Source of the DNA: a bacterium
Lineage (GTDB): Bacteria > Zhuqueibacterota > QNDG01 > JABMRT01
Assembly: GCA_011046415.1 (NCBI GenBank)
Contig: DSAP01000090.1
Location: 4,590-68,589 of the forward strand
Direction of reading: 5' to 3'
DNA length: 64,000 nt
Shown: piece after piece, positions 38,759 to 48,535 of the stretch
How the letters are laid out: each line of letters begins with the position of its first letter
Numbering within the stretch: the stretch's first letter is position 1
Made by a program: the position numbers and the translations under genes
Notes under the pieces: generated by a model
Seen by the model: the letters and a program-made list of their open reading frames with translations, nothing else
Databases searched by the model: none
What the model was told of the DNA's origin: nothing

Positions 38759-39167
38759 ATGTGGCCAGGGCATTGCGACCCGCGCGTCGTGTGTGTGAGG
38801 CAACGGCAGAGTACGGGCCGAGCCGGAACGAGATTGTGCTTTATCGCGCACCGGATGGAACCGTCTCGCTCGACATCCGACTTGAACGTGATTCAATCTG
38901 GCTGACACAGAAGCAGATGGCAGAATTGTTCATCACGGAGCGAAGCGTCAGTATCAAGCGTCTACGCAATGTCTTCATAACCGGCGAGTTAAAGAAGGAC
39001 TCAGTATGTGCATTTTTTTTGCACATACTGACGAAGACGGAAAAACCTACAATACAACCTTTTGTTATCTCGACGCCATCATTTCCGTCGGCTACCATGT
39101 CAATTCCAAGCGCGGCACGCAGTTTCGCATCTGGGTAACGCGCGTAGTTAGAAAGTATATCCTATAA
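38755..39167 (+). pseudogene. RhuM-family (virulence/prophage-associated) gene remnant, frameshifted at a T8 run and 3'-truncated
   Basis: N-terminal hallmark EIVLYRAPDGTVSLDIRLERDSIWLTQKQMAELF in frame 1. Continuation LDAIISVGYHVNSKRGTQFRIW is in another frame after the T8 run at 39013-39020. Ends about 180 aa short of full-length RhuM. Confidence 0.6.
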
Positions 39168-39276
39168 AGGTTTACACTGTCAATGAACGGCGGCTGAAGG
39201 ATCTCAGTCATCCCGTTTTGGTGATTGGGGAATCATAAAAGAATGATAATATAATCGACCAACCGAGGAGTGACAG

Positions 39277-40041
39277 ATGAAATCCCATTTTGAAAAACAC
39301 GTCCTGCGTCATCCTCCGTGGTATCCGATTTTAATCACCGCAACCCTTTTCTCGTTTTTGGGATGTCAACAATCCAGAAGGGAGAGCGCCATGCAGCAGG
39401 GAGAAGACCCGTATGTCAGACAAAGGCATGCGATGGTTTCAAAGCAGATCGCCGGCCGCGGGGTGAAGGATCCGCGTGTCCTGGCCGCGATGGAAAAGGT
39501 GCCGCGACATCTCTTCGTTCCCGACAACATCAGGTCGCACGCCTATGAGGACAGCCCCCTGCCGATCGGATACAATCAGACCATATCCCAGCCTTACATC
39601 GTGGCGTACATGACGGAGCAGCTTGTCCTGGAGGGCGACGAACGTGTTCTCGAGGTCGGTACGGGGAGCGGTTATCAGGCCGCCGTGCTGGCCGAACTGG
39701 TCCCTGAGGTGTATACGATCGAGATCATCGAACCCCTGTCGGTCACGGCACGGGAACAGATCGAGAAGGCGGGATTTGAGAACGTCCACTTCCGGGTCGG
39801 CGACGGATACCTGGGATGGCCGGAAGCCGCGCCGTTCGATGCGATCATGATCACGGCCGCTCCCAGGCAGATACCGGAAACGCTCATCGGCCAGCTCCGG
39901 GTTGGTGGAAGGATGATTGTTCCCGTCGGACAATGGCATCAGGAACTCCTCCTTATCACCAAAAAAGAAAAAGACTATTCCGTGAAGAAGCTCCTGCCCG
40001 TACGTTTCGTTCCCATGGTCCGATCCCGGTCTGATGAATGA
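39277..40041 (+). CDS. pcm: protein-L-isoaspartate O-methyltransferase with N-terminal lipoprotein-type signal peptide
   Basis: PIMT motifs (VLEVGTGSGYQAA, GDGYLGWPEAAPFDAI, GGRMIVPVG) preceded by a 40-aa extension MKSHFEKHVLRHPPWYPILITATLFSFLGC. Confidence 0.8.
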   Translation: MKSHFEKHVLRHPPWYPILITATLFSFLGCQQSRRESAMQQGEDPYVRQRHAMVSKQIAGRGVKDPRVLAAMEKVPRHLFVPDNIRSHAYEDSPLPIGYNQTISQPYIVAYMTEQLVLEGDERVLEVGTGSGYQAAVLAELVPEVYTIEIIEPLSVTAREQIEKAGFENVHFRVGDGYLGWPEAAPFDAIMITAAPRQIPETLIGQLRVGGRMIVPVGQWHQELLLITKKEKDYSVKKLLPVRFVPMVRSRSDE

Positions 40042-40195
40042 AACGACCGGCTTATCGTTTCAAGGCCGTTGTCCATATTCCCGATATCCCGGTCACGAAC
40101 CGGGATATCTTCCGGAGATGAAACATTATCGAGAAAATCCTGTAAAATATAATGGACTTATCAAAAAACTCTTAATCGAAGAAAGATCGGAAAAA

Positions 40196-40858
40196 ATGTC
40201 GCCTGCCGAAGGAAGAAAGTGGAGAAAGTCGGATTCGAACCGGATCATCGCCGGCGTCTGCGGGGGGCTGGCTGAGTATTTCAAGATCGATGCCACCGTT
40301 GTCCGTATTCTGTGGTTGGTTTCCATTTTTCTGAACGGCCTGGGTCTGCTCGCCTATCTGGTGGCGCTGGTGGTTTTGCCGGCCGCTTCGGATGATCCGG
40401 CGTCACGTGAAGGAGGCAGGAAATCCGGTTCCGGAGGCTGGCTTATTCTCGGTGTTCTGCTTATCCTCTTGGGTCTTTTCTGGGGGGTGCATAACTGGGG
40501 ATGGTACGCCGGGTTCCCCTGCCCGGGATTTACCCATTGGGGGAGGCAGGACTTCTGGCCGGTATTGCTGGTTGTCCTCGGTATTCTCTATCTGGTGCAT
40601 GTCCTCAAGGATTCGAAGGCCGGCGGCGGATCCGGCGGATCGTCCGGATCGACCAATACATCACGTTGGCCGTTTCATCGCACGACAGATGACCGGGTGA
40701 TCGGCGGGGTCTGCGGCGGACTGGCCCGGCATGTCCGCATCGATCCCACCCTGGTACGAATCGGAACCGTTGTTTTCGTACTGATGACGGGCGTCGTATT
40801 CGGCGTTTTGCTTTATGCGGCGGCCCTCGTCCTGATACCCGAAGAAAAGAAGGCATGA
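40196..40858 (+). CDS. membrane protein with two PspC domains
   Basis: RIIAGVCGGLAEYFKIDATVVRILWLV and again RVIGGVCGGLARHVRIDPTLVRIGTVVF, each followed by TM helices; start uncertain (40118 or 40196). Confidence 0.7.
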   Translation: MSPAEGRKWRKSDSNRIIAGVCGGLAEYFKIDATVVRILWLVSIFLNGLGLLAYLVALVVLPAASDDPASREGGRKSGSGGWLILGVLLILLGLFWGVHNWGWYAGFPCPGFTHWGRQDFWPVLLVVLGILYLVHVLKDSKAGGGSGGSSGSTNTSRWPFHRTTDDRVIGGVCGGLARHVRIDPTLVRIGTVVFVLMTGVVFGVLLYAAALVLIPEEKKA

Positions 40859-40885
40859 CCAGATGAAAAGATCTGGATTGGTTCC

Positions 40886-41428
40886 ATGAAAGAAGAAAAA
40901 CGTTCCATCATCCCCGGTGTCCTGCTCGTTTTGGCCGGTTTATGGTTGTTGTCACGCGATGTGATTCAACAACACGGTATCTGGGAACGCATTTATCCGC
41001 TTGTTATTCTGGTTTTTGCCGGATTTTACTTAATCGACTGGGTCCGCAGGAAAAAGGAGGACACCTTTTTCTGGGCTGTTTTCTTTCTGCTTACCGGCCT
41101 TTTCTATTTGTTGCGGAATTATGATTTAATTCCCTACCTCTATATCGAGGAGTACTGGCCGGTTTTTTTCCTTTTCTGGGGACTGGGTTATCTGGTACGT
41201 TTTTTTCTCCGTCCCGCCGAATGGAACATCCTGATTCCCGCCATCCTCTTCCTCTTTATGGGGGCCTTCTTTTTTTTACATGCGGCGGGTGGTGTTCTTG
41301 ATTTTCCCGATATTGAGATCGAGAAATACTGGCCCGCCGGTCTTATCGTCATCGGATGCGGGTTGTTGATCAGTGCATTATTCAAATCTTTAAAAAACAA
41401 TTCTGACCAGGGGCAGATTCGATCCTGA
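40886..41428 (+). CDS. polytopic membrane protein (LiaF-N-terminal-like/DUF5668-like), PspC partner
   Basis: 180 aa, five or six TM helices, Trp/Phe-rich; 27 bp after the PspC gene. Confidence 0.45.
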   Translation: MKEEKRSIIPGVLLVLAGLWLLSRDVIQQHGIWERIYPLVILVFAGFYLIDWVRRKKEDTFFWAVFFLLTGLFYLLRNYDLIPYLYIEEYWPVFFLFWGLGYLVRFFLRPAEWNILIPAILFLFMGAFFFLHAAGGVLDFPDIEIEKYWPAGLIVIGCGLLISALFKSLKNNSDQGQIRS

Positions 41429-41472
41429 ACCCGCATTGTCACATATGTTAAATTAAATTCATATTTTTCTCC

Positions 41473-41501
41473 TTGACATTCCGCCTGAAATCATCTAAAA
41501 T
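41473..41501 (+). promoter_or_regulatory. sigma-70-like promoter (TTGACA-N17-TAAAAT) for hybrid kinase 1
   Basis: Exact -35 hexamer, 17-nt spacer, good -10; about 70 bp upstream of the TTG start. Confidence 0.45.
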
Positions 41502-41572
41502 CAAGTTGGTATTAAAGATTCACTCCATTTGACCAGTTTCTCTATCGACAGTAAACCGGGAGCGTAAGCGGG

Positions 41573-44047
41573 TTGTCGATTTTCTTTAAAAAAGGAAAAG
41601 ATGCATCATTTGAAAAGGACCAGTCCCTTTCTTTCATTGCGTGGGGTGTGGGACAGGATTTCTATGCGGATGCCGTTCATCCCGAACAGCGCACCCAGAA
41701 ACTGCTCTCGGAGATACAGCGGCGTACTTTGGCCGATCAGGCACTGATTGCCGGTTCGAATTTCGACACTGAAACGCTCGAAATCCTGTATTGTGCCCCT
41801 CCCAAAGAACCTTCGCTTATCCAGCCGGATGTCATCCGGCTTTTGCTTGAGAAGGTATTCGTCGAAAATAAAATCCTCGATCTGAACGAATTCGCGGATA
41901 TCGATCCGGTCGTACGGTATCTGAAGGACAGTCAGGTTTCCTCGATTCTGATCTGCCCTCTCAATATCCACGAAAAAACCATCGAGGCGTTGATTGTCGT
42001 CAATTATTATGAGGGTCATGATAACCGGATGCAGGAGTTCATCCAATTCGTCTCCGCCACATTGGCCGTTTCGCTGCAGAACACGGGGCTCTATGCCATC
42101 CTCCATGACAAGGAAGAGGAAATTTCCGACTGGTCCGAACAGGTTGGCCAACGGATCGAGACCGACGCCAAACAATTTCTTGAAAAGGAATTTCAGTATT
42201 ACAATCTGTTTGAAGAAGCCCCCTATGGCATCATCGTCCATAGCATCGAAGGGCGTATTCTTGAGGCCAACCAGGCCGCCCGTCAGATTCTCGGGTATGA
42301 CAAAAAAGGCCTTTTAGAGAAGAAATGGTCGGATCTCGTCGAAGAAGACCTGGATGTCCGGCTGAATACTTTCTTTGCGGATATTTTGCGTACCCAGAAA
42401 GCCGGCACCCTCGAAATTTCGTTCATAAAAAAAGACGGAACACAGTTCTGGGCGGATCTCTGTTCTCAGCGGGTCAGGCTTCACGGAAAGATCGCCCTCG
42501 AGACCTTTATCCGGGATATCTCTCAGCAAAAGGTGCGAGAGGCGGAATTGCAGGACAAGCAAAATAAATATGAGGTTTTCGTCGAGTCGTCTCTGGTCGG
42601 TGCGTATGTGATCCAGAATGGACGCATCCATTTCACCAATGAGAAATTCGAAGAATTATGCGGATTTCCGAAAAAAGAACTCTTTGACAGTGAGTTTATT
42701 CAACTGATCGCCCCGGAAGACCGGAGCATGGTTTTGAGTCGCGAGATGCGCAGGGAGAAGGGTGATAGTGTTCCCGATCAATATGAAATCCGTTTTCTTA
42801 AAAAAGATGAGGAACGCTGGTGGGGCGAAGTGCGTTGCCGGAGGATCGAAGTGGATGGCAACCCGGCTATACTCGGTAATGTGATCGATGTCACCCAGCG
42901 AAAACGCCTCGAAGTTCAGCTTCTTGAAAGCCAGAAAATGGAATCCATCGGCACGCTCGCCGGTGGCATCGCCCATGATTTTAATAACCTCCTCGGCGGT
43001 ATCCTGGGATATGCATCGCTGTTGATGAGTGATATGCCCAAAGATCACATCTATTTTGAAGACATCCATACTATCGCAGAAACCGCCAAAAAGGCAGCGG
43101 ACCTTACCAACCGGCTCCTGGCCTTTGCGCGGGGCGGCAAATATCAGGTGACAGCGATCGACAGCAACCGAATTGTGGATGATGTGGTGGCCATTCTTTC
43201 CAGAACCGTCGACCGTTCAATCGCCATAGAAACCCATCTGGTAAAGAACTTATGGCATATCAAGGGGGATTCCCAGCAGATTCATCAGGCGTTTCTCAAT
43301 ATTTGTCTCAATGCGATCGAGGCCATGCCGGGCGGTGGAAAACTGATGATATCCACGGCGAACGTTATCCTGGACGAAGCGTTCGCACAGGCACAGATGG
43401 GGGGCAGTCCCGGTGATTACGTGCGGATTACCGTAAGCGACACCGGCATCGGCATGGACGAGAAAACCAGACGTCGGATTTTCGAACCCTTCTTTACCAC
43501 CAAACCCGCCCAGGCGGCCAAAGGCCTCGGACTCGCCATGGTTTACGGCATTGTGAAAAATCATGAGGGCGCAGTTCTTGTAGACAGCGTGCTGGGGAGC
43601 GGCAGTAAATTTACACTCTATTTTCCGAAATATACGGAGGAGGAGAGTCCGGAGCCTGAATCCGGTGAACCGGTTCTTTCTGCCAAAAAGGGGACAGTGC
43701 TGCTCGTCGACGATGAAGCGGTCATTCGCCGTGTGGCCAAACGGATGCTCGAGAGAGGGAACTATGAGGTGATTTCGGCCAAGGACGGCCAGGAGGCGCT
43801 GGCGATTTATGAAGAAAGACAAAAAGATATTCATCTGGTGCTGATCGACCTGATCATGCCGGGAATGAACGGGACCGAAACGGTTGAAAAGCTGAAGAAG
43901 ATCAATCCCGATATCAAAGTCATTTATACCAGCGGATACGGTCTCGGCGATCATCCCGAACTGCAACATCACAATGTGGACATGTTTATCCAGAAACCGT
44001 TTCAGACTGAAATCCTGATCGAGAAAGTCGCGCAGCTGCTTTCCTGA
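41573..44047 (+). CDS. hybrid sensor histidine kinase (GAF-like, two PAS, HisKA, HATPase_c, receiver)
   Basis: H-box IAHDFNNLLGGILGYASLL; N/G1/F/G2 boxes (NAIEAM, DTGIGM, FEPFFTTK, GLGLAMV); C-terminal receiver with phospho-Asp in VLIDLIMPGMNG. TTG start. Confidence 0.85.
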   Translation: MSIFFKKGKDASFEKDQSLSFIAWGVGQDFYADAVHPEQRTQKLLSEIQRRTLADQALIAGSNFDTETLEILYCAPPKEPSLIQPDVIRLLLEKVFVENKILDLNEFADIDPVVRYLKDSQVSSILICPLNIHEKTIEALIVVNYYEGHDNRMQEFIQFVSATLAVSLQNTGLYAILHDKEEEISDWSEQVGQRIETDAKQFLEKEFQYYNLFEEAPYGIIVHSIEGRILEANQAARQILGYDKKGLLEKKWSDLVEEDLDVRLNTFFADILRTQKAGTLEISFIKKDGTQFWADLCSQRVRLHGKIALETFIRDISQQKVREAELQDKQNKYEVFVESSLVGAYVIQNGRIHFTNEKFEELCGFPKKELFDSEFIQLIAPEDRSMVLSREMRREKGDSVPDQYEIRFLKKDEERWWGEVRCRRIEVDGNPAILGNVIDVTQRKRLEVQLLESQKMESIGTLAGGIAHDFNNLLGGILGYASLLMSDMPKDHIYFEDIHTIAETAKKAADLTNRLLAFARGGKYQVTAIDSNRIVDDVVAILSRTVDRSIAIETHLVKNLWHIKGDSQQIHQAFLNICLNAIEAMPGGGKLMISTANVILDEAFAQAQMGGSPGDYVRITVSDTGIGMDEKTRRRIFEPFFTTKPAQAAKGLGLAMVYGIVKNHEGAVLVDSVLGSGSKFTLYFPKYTEEESPEPESGEPVLSAKKGTVLLVDDEAVIRRVAKRMLERGNYEVISAKDGQEALAIYEERQKDIHLVLIDLIMPGMNGTETVEKLKKINPDIKVIYTSGYGLGDHPELQHHNVDMFIQKPFQTEILIEKVAQLLS

Positions 44048-44113
44048 TCCTCCGATCCCATCCGGTGCCTGCAATTTCGTCCAAAAAAAATAAAAACAAA
44101 ACAGTTCTCAATT

Positions 44114-44129
44114 TGGAACAAGGTTTGCT
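44114..44129 (+). promoter_or_regulatory. possible sigma-54 promoter (TGGAAC-N5-TTGCT) upstream of hybrid kinase 2
   Basis: Correct GG-N10-GC spacing; -24 deviates from the consensus (A for C after GG); about 90 bp upstream of the start. Confidence 0.3.
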
Positions 44130-44220
44130 TTTCGGTTAAGAGATCATGGATTCTCTGACTGTTAATGTGTTTTGATAAAGACGGCGGTGTTCAGCAGGAT
44201 GCTATCCGGAAACTTTGTCT

Positions 44221-46668
44221 ATGCAGATAAGTCCAGATAAAACAGAAATCTCGGATGGTCTTCTCTCCGAGCGGCTACTCGAAGAACTCTATTCGAAGGC
44301 AGATATCCTGTATTTTCTGCTGGACGATCAATTCCAGATTGTTTCATGCAATGTCACGGCACAGGAAAAAATGGGCCATGACAAAAAACAACTGGCCGGA
44401 AAAAAATTCCTCGATCTGGTTCCGAAAATCGATCAGGCCGATTTTGAGAAAAAACTCCAGATATGTGCGACCAAAGGTTATCTGCGACATTTCATCGCCT
44501 CGCTGCGCGACCATCACAACAAATCGATCGATGTCGGCGTCAACGGGTTGTTGATCGTTTCAGAGGATGGCGGTCAGTCACATTTACGGCTTTTTATCAA
44601 GGATATTTCGGAGCAGGTACGCAATGCACGACAGCGTCTCCTCTCCACCCAGATTCTGCAATATCTGACTCAAAAGCCAAAAGAGAAAGATGCCATTCGT
44701 TATCTGCTTCGTGAAATCTGGGAAAGCCGCCTCTCGACCGGTCTCGGAATCTTTCTTGAGGATTCCTTCGGCAAGAAATTTTCTCTCGGCACATGGGGGA
44801 ATCTCGGATCCAGTTCCGAGAATACGTTTTCCGAACAACCCGCATGGAATCCCCGTAAATGGACGCGGGTCCGGGATGCGGTCAGGGATATTTTTTCTGT
44901 CCGGTGGACGGATCACGGCAGTTTCTGGGTCGATTCCCTGTCCGATGTGGTTCTTGAGCTGGAAAATTTTCCGGAAAAGGATAATCTGCTCGCGTTGTCC
45001 GATTATGAATCCCTGGCCATCTTCCCCCTCAACACGAAGACCTATTCAGGCTATCTCGTTCTGACGCACACAGCCTATGGGCGCTGGGATCGTGAGGATG
45101 TCGAGTTCTTTGAGTCGCTGATTACATCCCTGTTGCTGCTCGAATCCGAAACTCCCATTGACGACGTAGCCTTTTCTGCACCCCAACCGACTGCGTTCCT
45201 CCAACAGATACCGTTTATCGGGGTGCTGTATATTCAGAAAGGCCGGATCCGGTTTGCCAACCCCTGGATGCATGAAGTCCTCGGTTTTTCGGAGGAAGAA
45301 TTCCTCGATAAACCGGTTCTGGATATCGTGGAACCGGCTTATCATGAAGTTGCCGAGAATCTGACGGTTGAGATCCGGTCTGAAGCGCATCATTCCCGGT
45401 GTTGGGAAATCGGATTCAGGGACAGCGAGGGCAAATCCCGGCTGACGGACTGTGTTGTCGCGCCCTGCGAGAAGGACGGATCTCAAATCTGGTACCTCAA
45501 CGCCAGGGAATCCGTTCAAAAAGACGAGGAAGACGAATCCGTCAAGGCCAGGAAACTGGAATCTCTCGGCACCCTGACAGACGGTATCGTGCATGATTTT
45601 AACAATGTACTGTCGAATCTAATGGGCTACAGTTCACTTTTAAGCGAAGAGGTTCCCAAAGACAGTCCTTATTACGAGGATGTTCAGGAGATCGCCAAAA
45701 CAAGCGAAAAGGCCTCCCAACTCACCAGCCGTTTGCTTTCATTCACCCAGGACAAACCCCATGTCGTCAAGGATCTGAATATAAACGGCCTTATTACCGA
45801 GGTGGCCGGGGTTCTCTCGCGGACGATCGAAAAAAACATCACGATCCAGGCTGAACTCGACGATCAACTCAAATGCATCGAGGGAGACGCCGGCCAGATT
45901 CAGCAGGCTTTTCTTCAGGTGGCATTCAACGCACGAGATGCCATGCCGATGGGAGGGAAACTGCGTTTTCAAACCCGCAACATGAGTCTCAGTGAAAATG
46001 CGGCCAAACATCAGAACGGTGCGAAATCCGGAGAATACGTCCAGATTATTATCAGTGATACGGGACAGGGGATGAACGCCAAGATCAGGGAGCAGGTTTT
46101 CAACGCCCAGTTCTCCACCAAAAACCAATCGGGACGTGGATATGGATTGACCCTTGTCCAGGATGTCGTCCAGAAGCATCAGGGATTTATATCGGTCTTC
46201 AGCGATATGACAAAAGGCACCATTTTTAAAATCCATTTCCCGGCCGCCGAGAAGACTGTGAGGGAAATCTCGAACCCCGTTCCTTATTCGCATGCTCACA
46301 CACGCGAGACCATCCTTCTTATAGAAGATCAAACGAAATTCCGTGAGAGTGCCATTAAGATGCTGAGTCATTACGGATACAAGGTGATCGGCGCAGAGAA
46401 TCCGAATGAGGCCATGGCGATCTACAAAAAATACATAAACCGAATCGATGTGGTCATTCTCCAGATGATTTCACCGGGTGTGGAGGTTCAGAAAATACTG
46501 GCCGCGCTTAAGAAAATCAACCCGGCGGTCCGTATTATCGCTTCAGCCAATCCGGGCGAAGATGCGTTAATAGATCCGCGTCTCCGAAAATATTTTGCAG
46601 GTTTTGTCCAGAAGCCTTTCGACCAACGCCTGCTTCTCCGCGAGATTCAGGGTGTCATGAACGCCTGA
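44221..46668 (+). CDS. hybrid-type sensor histidine kinase (PAS, HisKA, HATPase_c, C-terminal pseudo-receiver)
   Basis: H-box IVHDFNNVLSNLMGYSSLL; intact N/G1/G2 boxes (NARDAM, DTGQGM, GYGLTLV). The C-terminal receiver has Gln in place of the phospho-accepting Asp (VVILQMISPG). Confidence 0.8.
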   Translation: MQISPDKTEISDGLLSERLLEELYSKADILYFLLDDQFQIVSCNVTAQEKMGHDKKQLAGKKFLDLVPKIDQADFEKKLQICATKGYLRHFIASLRDHHNKSIDVGVNGLLIVSEDGGQSHLRLFIKDISEQVRNARQRLLSTQILQYLTQKPKEKDAIRYLLREIWESRLSTGLGIFLEDSFGKKFSLGTWGNLGSSSENTFSEQPAWNPRKWTRVRDAVRDIFSVRWTDHGSFWVDSLSDVVLELENFPEKDNLLALSDYESLAIFPLNTKTYSGYLVLTHTAYGRWDREDVEFFESLITSLLLLESETPIDDVAFSAPQPTAFLQQIPFIGVLYIQKGRIRFANPWMHEVLGFSEEEFLDKPVLDIVEPAYHEVAENLTVEIRSEAHHSRCWEIGFRDSEGKSRLTDCVVAPCEKDGSQIWYLNARESVQKDEEDESVKARKLESLGTLTDGIVHDFNNVLSNLMGYSSLLSEEVPKDSPYYEDVQEIAKTSEKASQLTSRLLSFTQDKPHVVKDLNINGLITEVAGVLSRTIEKNITIQAELDDQLKCIEGDAGQIQQAFLQVAFNARDAMPMGGKLRFQTRNMSLSENAAKHQNGAKSGEYVQIIISDTGQGMNAKIREQVFNAQFSTKNQSGRGYGLTLVQDVVQKHQGFISVFSDMTKGTIFKIHFPAAEKTVREISNPVPYSHAHTRETILLIEDQTKFRESAIKMLSHYGYKVIGAENPNEAMAIYKKYINRIDVVILQMISPGVEVQKILAALKKINPAVRIIASANPGEDALIDPRLRKYFAGFVQKPFDQRLLLREIQGVMNA

Positions 46669-46775
46669 TCCCTGAAAAGCATCTCATTTTCTCTCTTTTC
46701 GCAACAATCATGACAACCCGGATGCTTGTCTTTCAGATCCGATGGCTTAAATCTTTTCATTTGTCCAGATTTATC

Positions 46776-46804
46776 TTGACAATCATCCCTGAAGGTTGTA
46801 TTAT
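46776..46804 (+). promoter_or_regulatory. sigma-70-like promoter (TTGACA-N17-TATTAT) for the leuA/cimA-like gene
   Basis: Consensus -35, 17-nt spacer, near-consensus -10; about 55 bp upstream of the start. Confidence 0.45.
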
Positions 46805-46861
46805 TTTTATTCTGCGGGGAATGACTCTGAAAAAAATCATTTTTTGTGTAGGGAAAATGCT

Positions 46862-48424
46862 ATGGCTGAAAAAGTGATGATCATGGACACCACATTGCGT
46901 GACGGTGAACAAATGCGCAATGTCAGTTATTCATCCGAAGAAAAACTCAGTGTCGCACGGATATTGCTCGATGAAGTCAGGGTATATCGCATCGAGATCG
47001 CCAGCGCCCGCGTCAGTGAGGGAGAACAAAAAGCCGCCCAAAAAGTGCTTCAGTGGTCCAAATCGGCCGGTTATCTCGACCGGGTCGAGATCCTCGGTTT
47101 TACGGATCATACGAAATCGGTCGATTGGATCGGCGGCATCGGCGGCAAGGTAATCAACCTGCTCGCGAAGGGCGACAGGCAGCATGCCGAAACCCAGCTT
47201 GGAAAAACCAAGGAAGAACATGTGGCGGATATCCTGAAGACGATCTCCTATGCGTCCGATCAGGGATTTATCTGCAATATCTACCTCGAAGCCTGGTCAC
47301 ATGGTATGATCCGATCGCGGGATTATGTCTATTATCTGATCGATGCGATCAAAGACACCCCCATTGTCCGATATATGCTCCCGGATACGCTCGGTATCCT
47401 GTCGCCGAGCCAGGTGGCCCAATTCACCCGGGATATGATCGACCGGTACGGTGACATCGGGTTTGATTTTCACGCCCATGATGATTACGGAGTCTCCGTA
47501 GCCAATACGCTCACCGCCGTGGAGAACGGTATCCGCTGCGTGCACACGACCATCAACGGCATGGGTGAGCGGGCCGGCAATGCGCCTCTGGATGAGGTCG
47601 TGGTCGGCATCCATGATTTTCTGAAAATGGAAACAGATGTCGATGAGAAACAACTTTACCATGCCAGTCAAACCGTATCGATTTATTCGAGCTGCCGTAT
47701 CGCATTCAACAAGCCGATTTCCGGTCCCAATGTGTTTACACAGACGGCCGGTATTCACGCCGACGGCGATAAAAAAGGGAACCTTTACTCGAGCCAGTTG
47801 CACCCCGATCGGTTTGACCGGGCCTATGAATACGCCTTGGGTAAATTGAGCGGAAAATCCAGCCTGGATTACAACCTCGATAAGATGGGCATCACACTCA
47901 GTTCCGCACAGAAAAAGAAAGTGCTTGAGCGTGTGATTCTGCTCGGAGACCGCAAGGAATCCATCACCGAGGCGGATCTGCCTTATATCATCTCGGATGT
48001 GCTTGAGACGCCGCAGGACAAGACGTTCGAATTCCTTTCATCCGTAATCGTGACCAGCATCGGGTTGAGGGCCGTGGCCGCGGTCAAATTGCGGTACCAG
48101 AATCCGGATACGCAAAAAACCGAGGAATGGGAAGAGAATGCCAGCGGCGACGGCGGCTATGATGCCTTTATGAACGCCATCCGGTCGATCGCAGGCAAGA
48201 TCCGGATCGAACTCCCGCGGCTGGCCGATTATACGGTTTCCATCCCGCCCGGTGGAAAAACCGATGCGCTGGTTCAGTGCGCCATCATCTGGGAATTGGA
48301 TGAACGGCGTTTTGTGACGCGTGGGTTGAATTCGGATCAGGTCCTGGCCGCCGCCGAAGCCACTGAGAAGATGCTGAATTTAATTACGTTACCCCACCGT
48401 TCTAAACAGAAGGCCGAGCCATAG
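46862..48424 (+). CDS. 2-isopropylmalate synthase / (R)-citramalate synthase family (LeuA/CimA)
   Basis: HMGL-like TIM barrel beginning IMDTTLRDGEQ, metal ligands HAHDDYG...HTTINGMGERAGNA, C-terminal LeuA-dimerisation/regulatory domain; about 520 aa. Confidence 0.8.
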   Translation: MAEKVMIMDTTLRDGEQMRNVSYSSEEKLSVARILLDEVRVYRIEIASARVSEGEQKAAQKVLQWSKSAGYLDRVEILGFTDHTKSVDWIGGIGGKVINLLAKGDRQHAETQLGKTKEEHVADILKTISYASDQGFICNIYLEAWSHGMIRSRDYVYYLIDAIKDTPIVRYMLPDTLGILSPSQVAQFTRDMIDRYGDIGFDFHAHDDYGVSVANTLTAVENGIRCVHTTINGMGERAGNAPLDEVVVGIHDFLKMETDVDEKQLYHASQTVSIYSSCRIAFNKPISGPNVFTQTAGIHADGDKKGNLYSSQLHPDRFDRAYEYALGKLSGKSSLDYNLDKMGITLSSAQKKKVLERVILLGDRKESITEADLPYIISDVLETPQDKTFEFLSSVIVTSIGLRAVAAVKLRYQNPDTQKTEEWEENASGDGGYDAFMNAIRSIAGKIRIELPRLADYTVSIPPGGKTDALVQCAIIWELDERRFVTRGLNSDQVLAAAEATEKMLNLITLPHRSKQKAEP

Positions 48425-48535
48425 GATAGAAGGGTACGATCGGTGCCCGGCATCCTATTCCGCTAGGCAAAAAATTCTTGATTCTTGCGTCCAATTGTTT
48501 ATATTGGTTAAACATTCAATCCGGCGGGTCGATCG

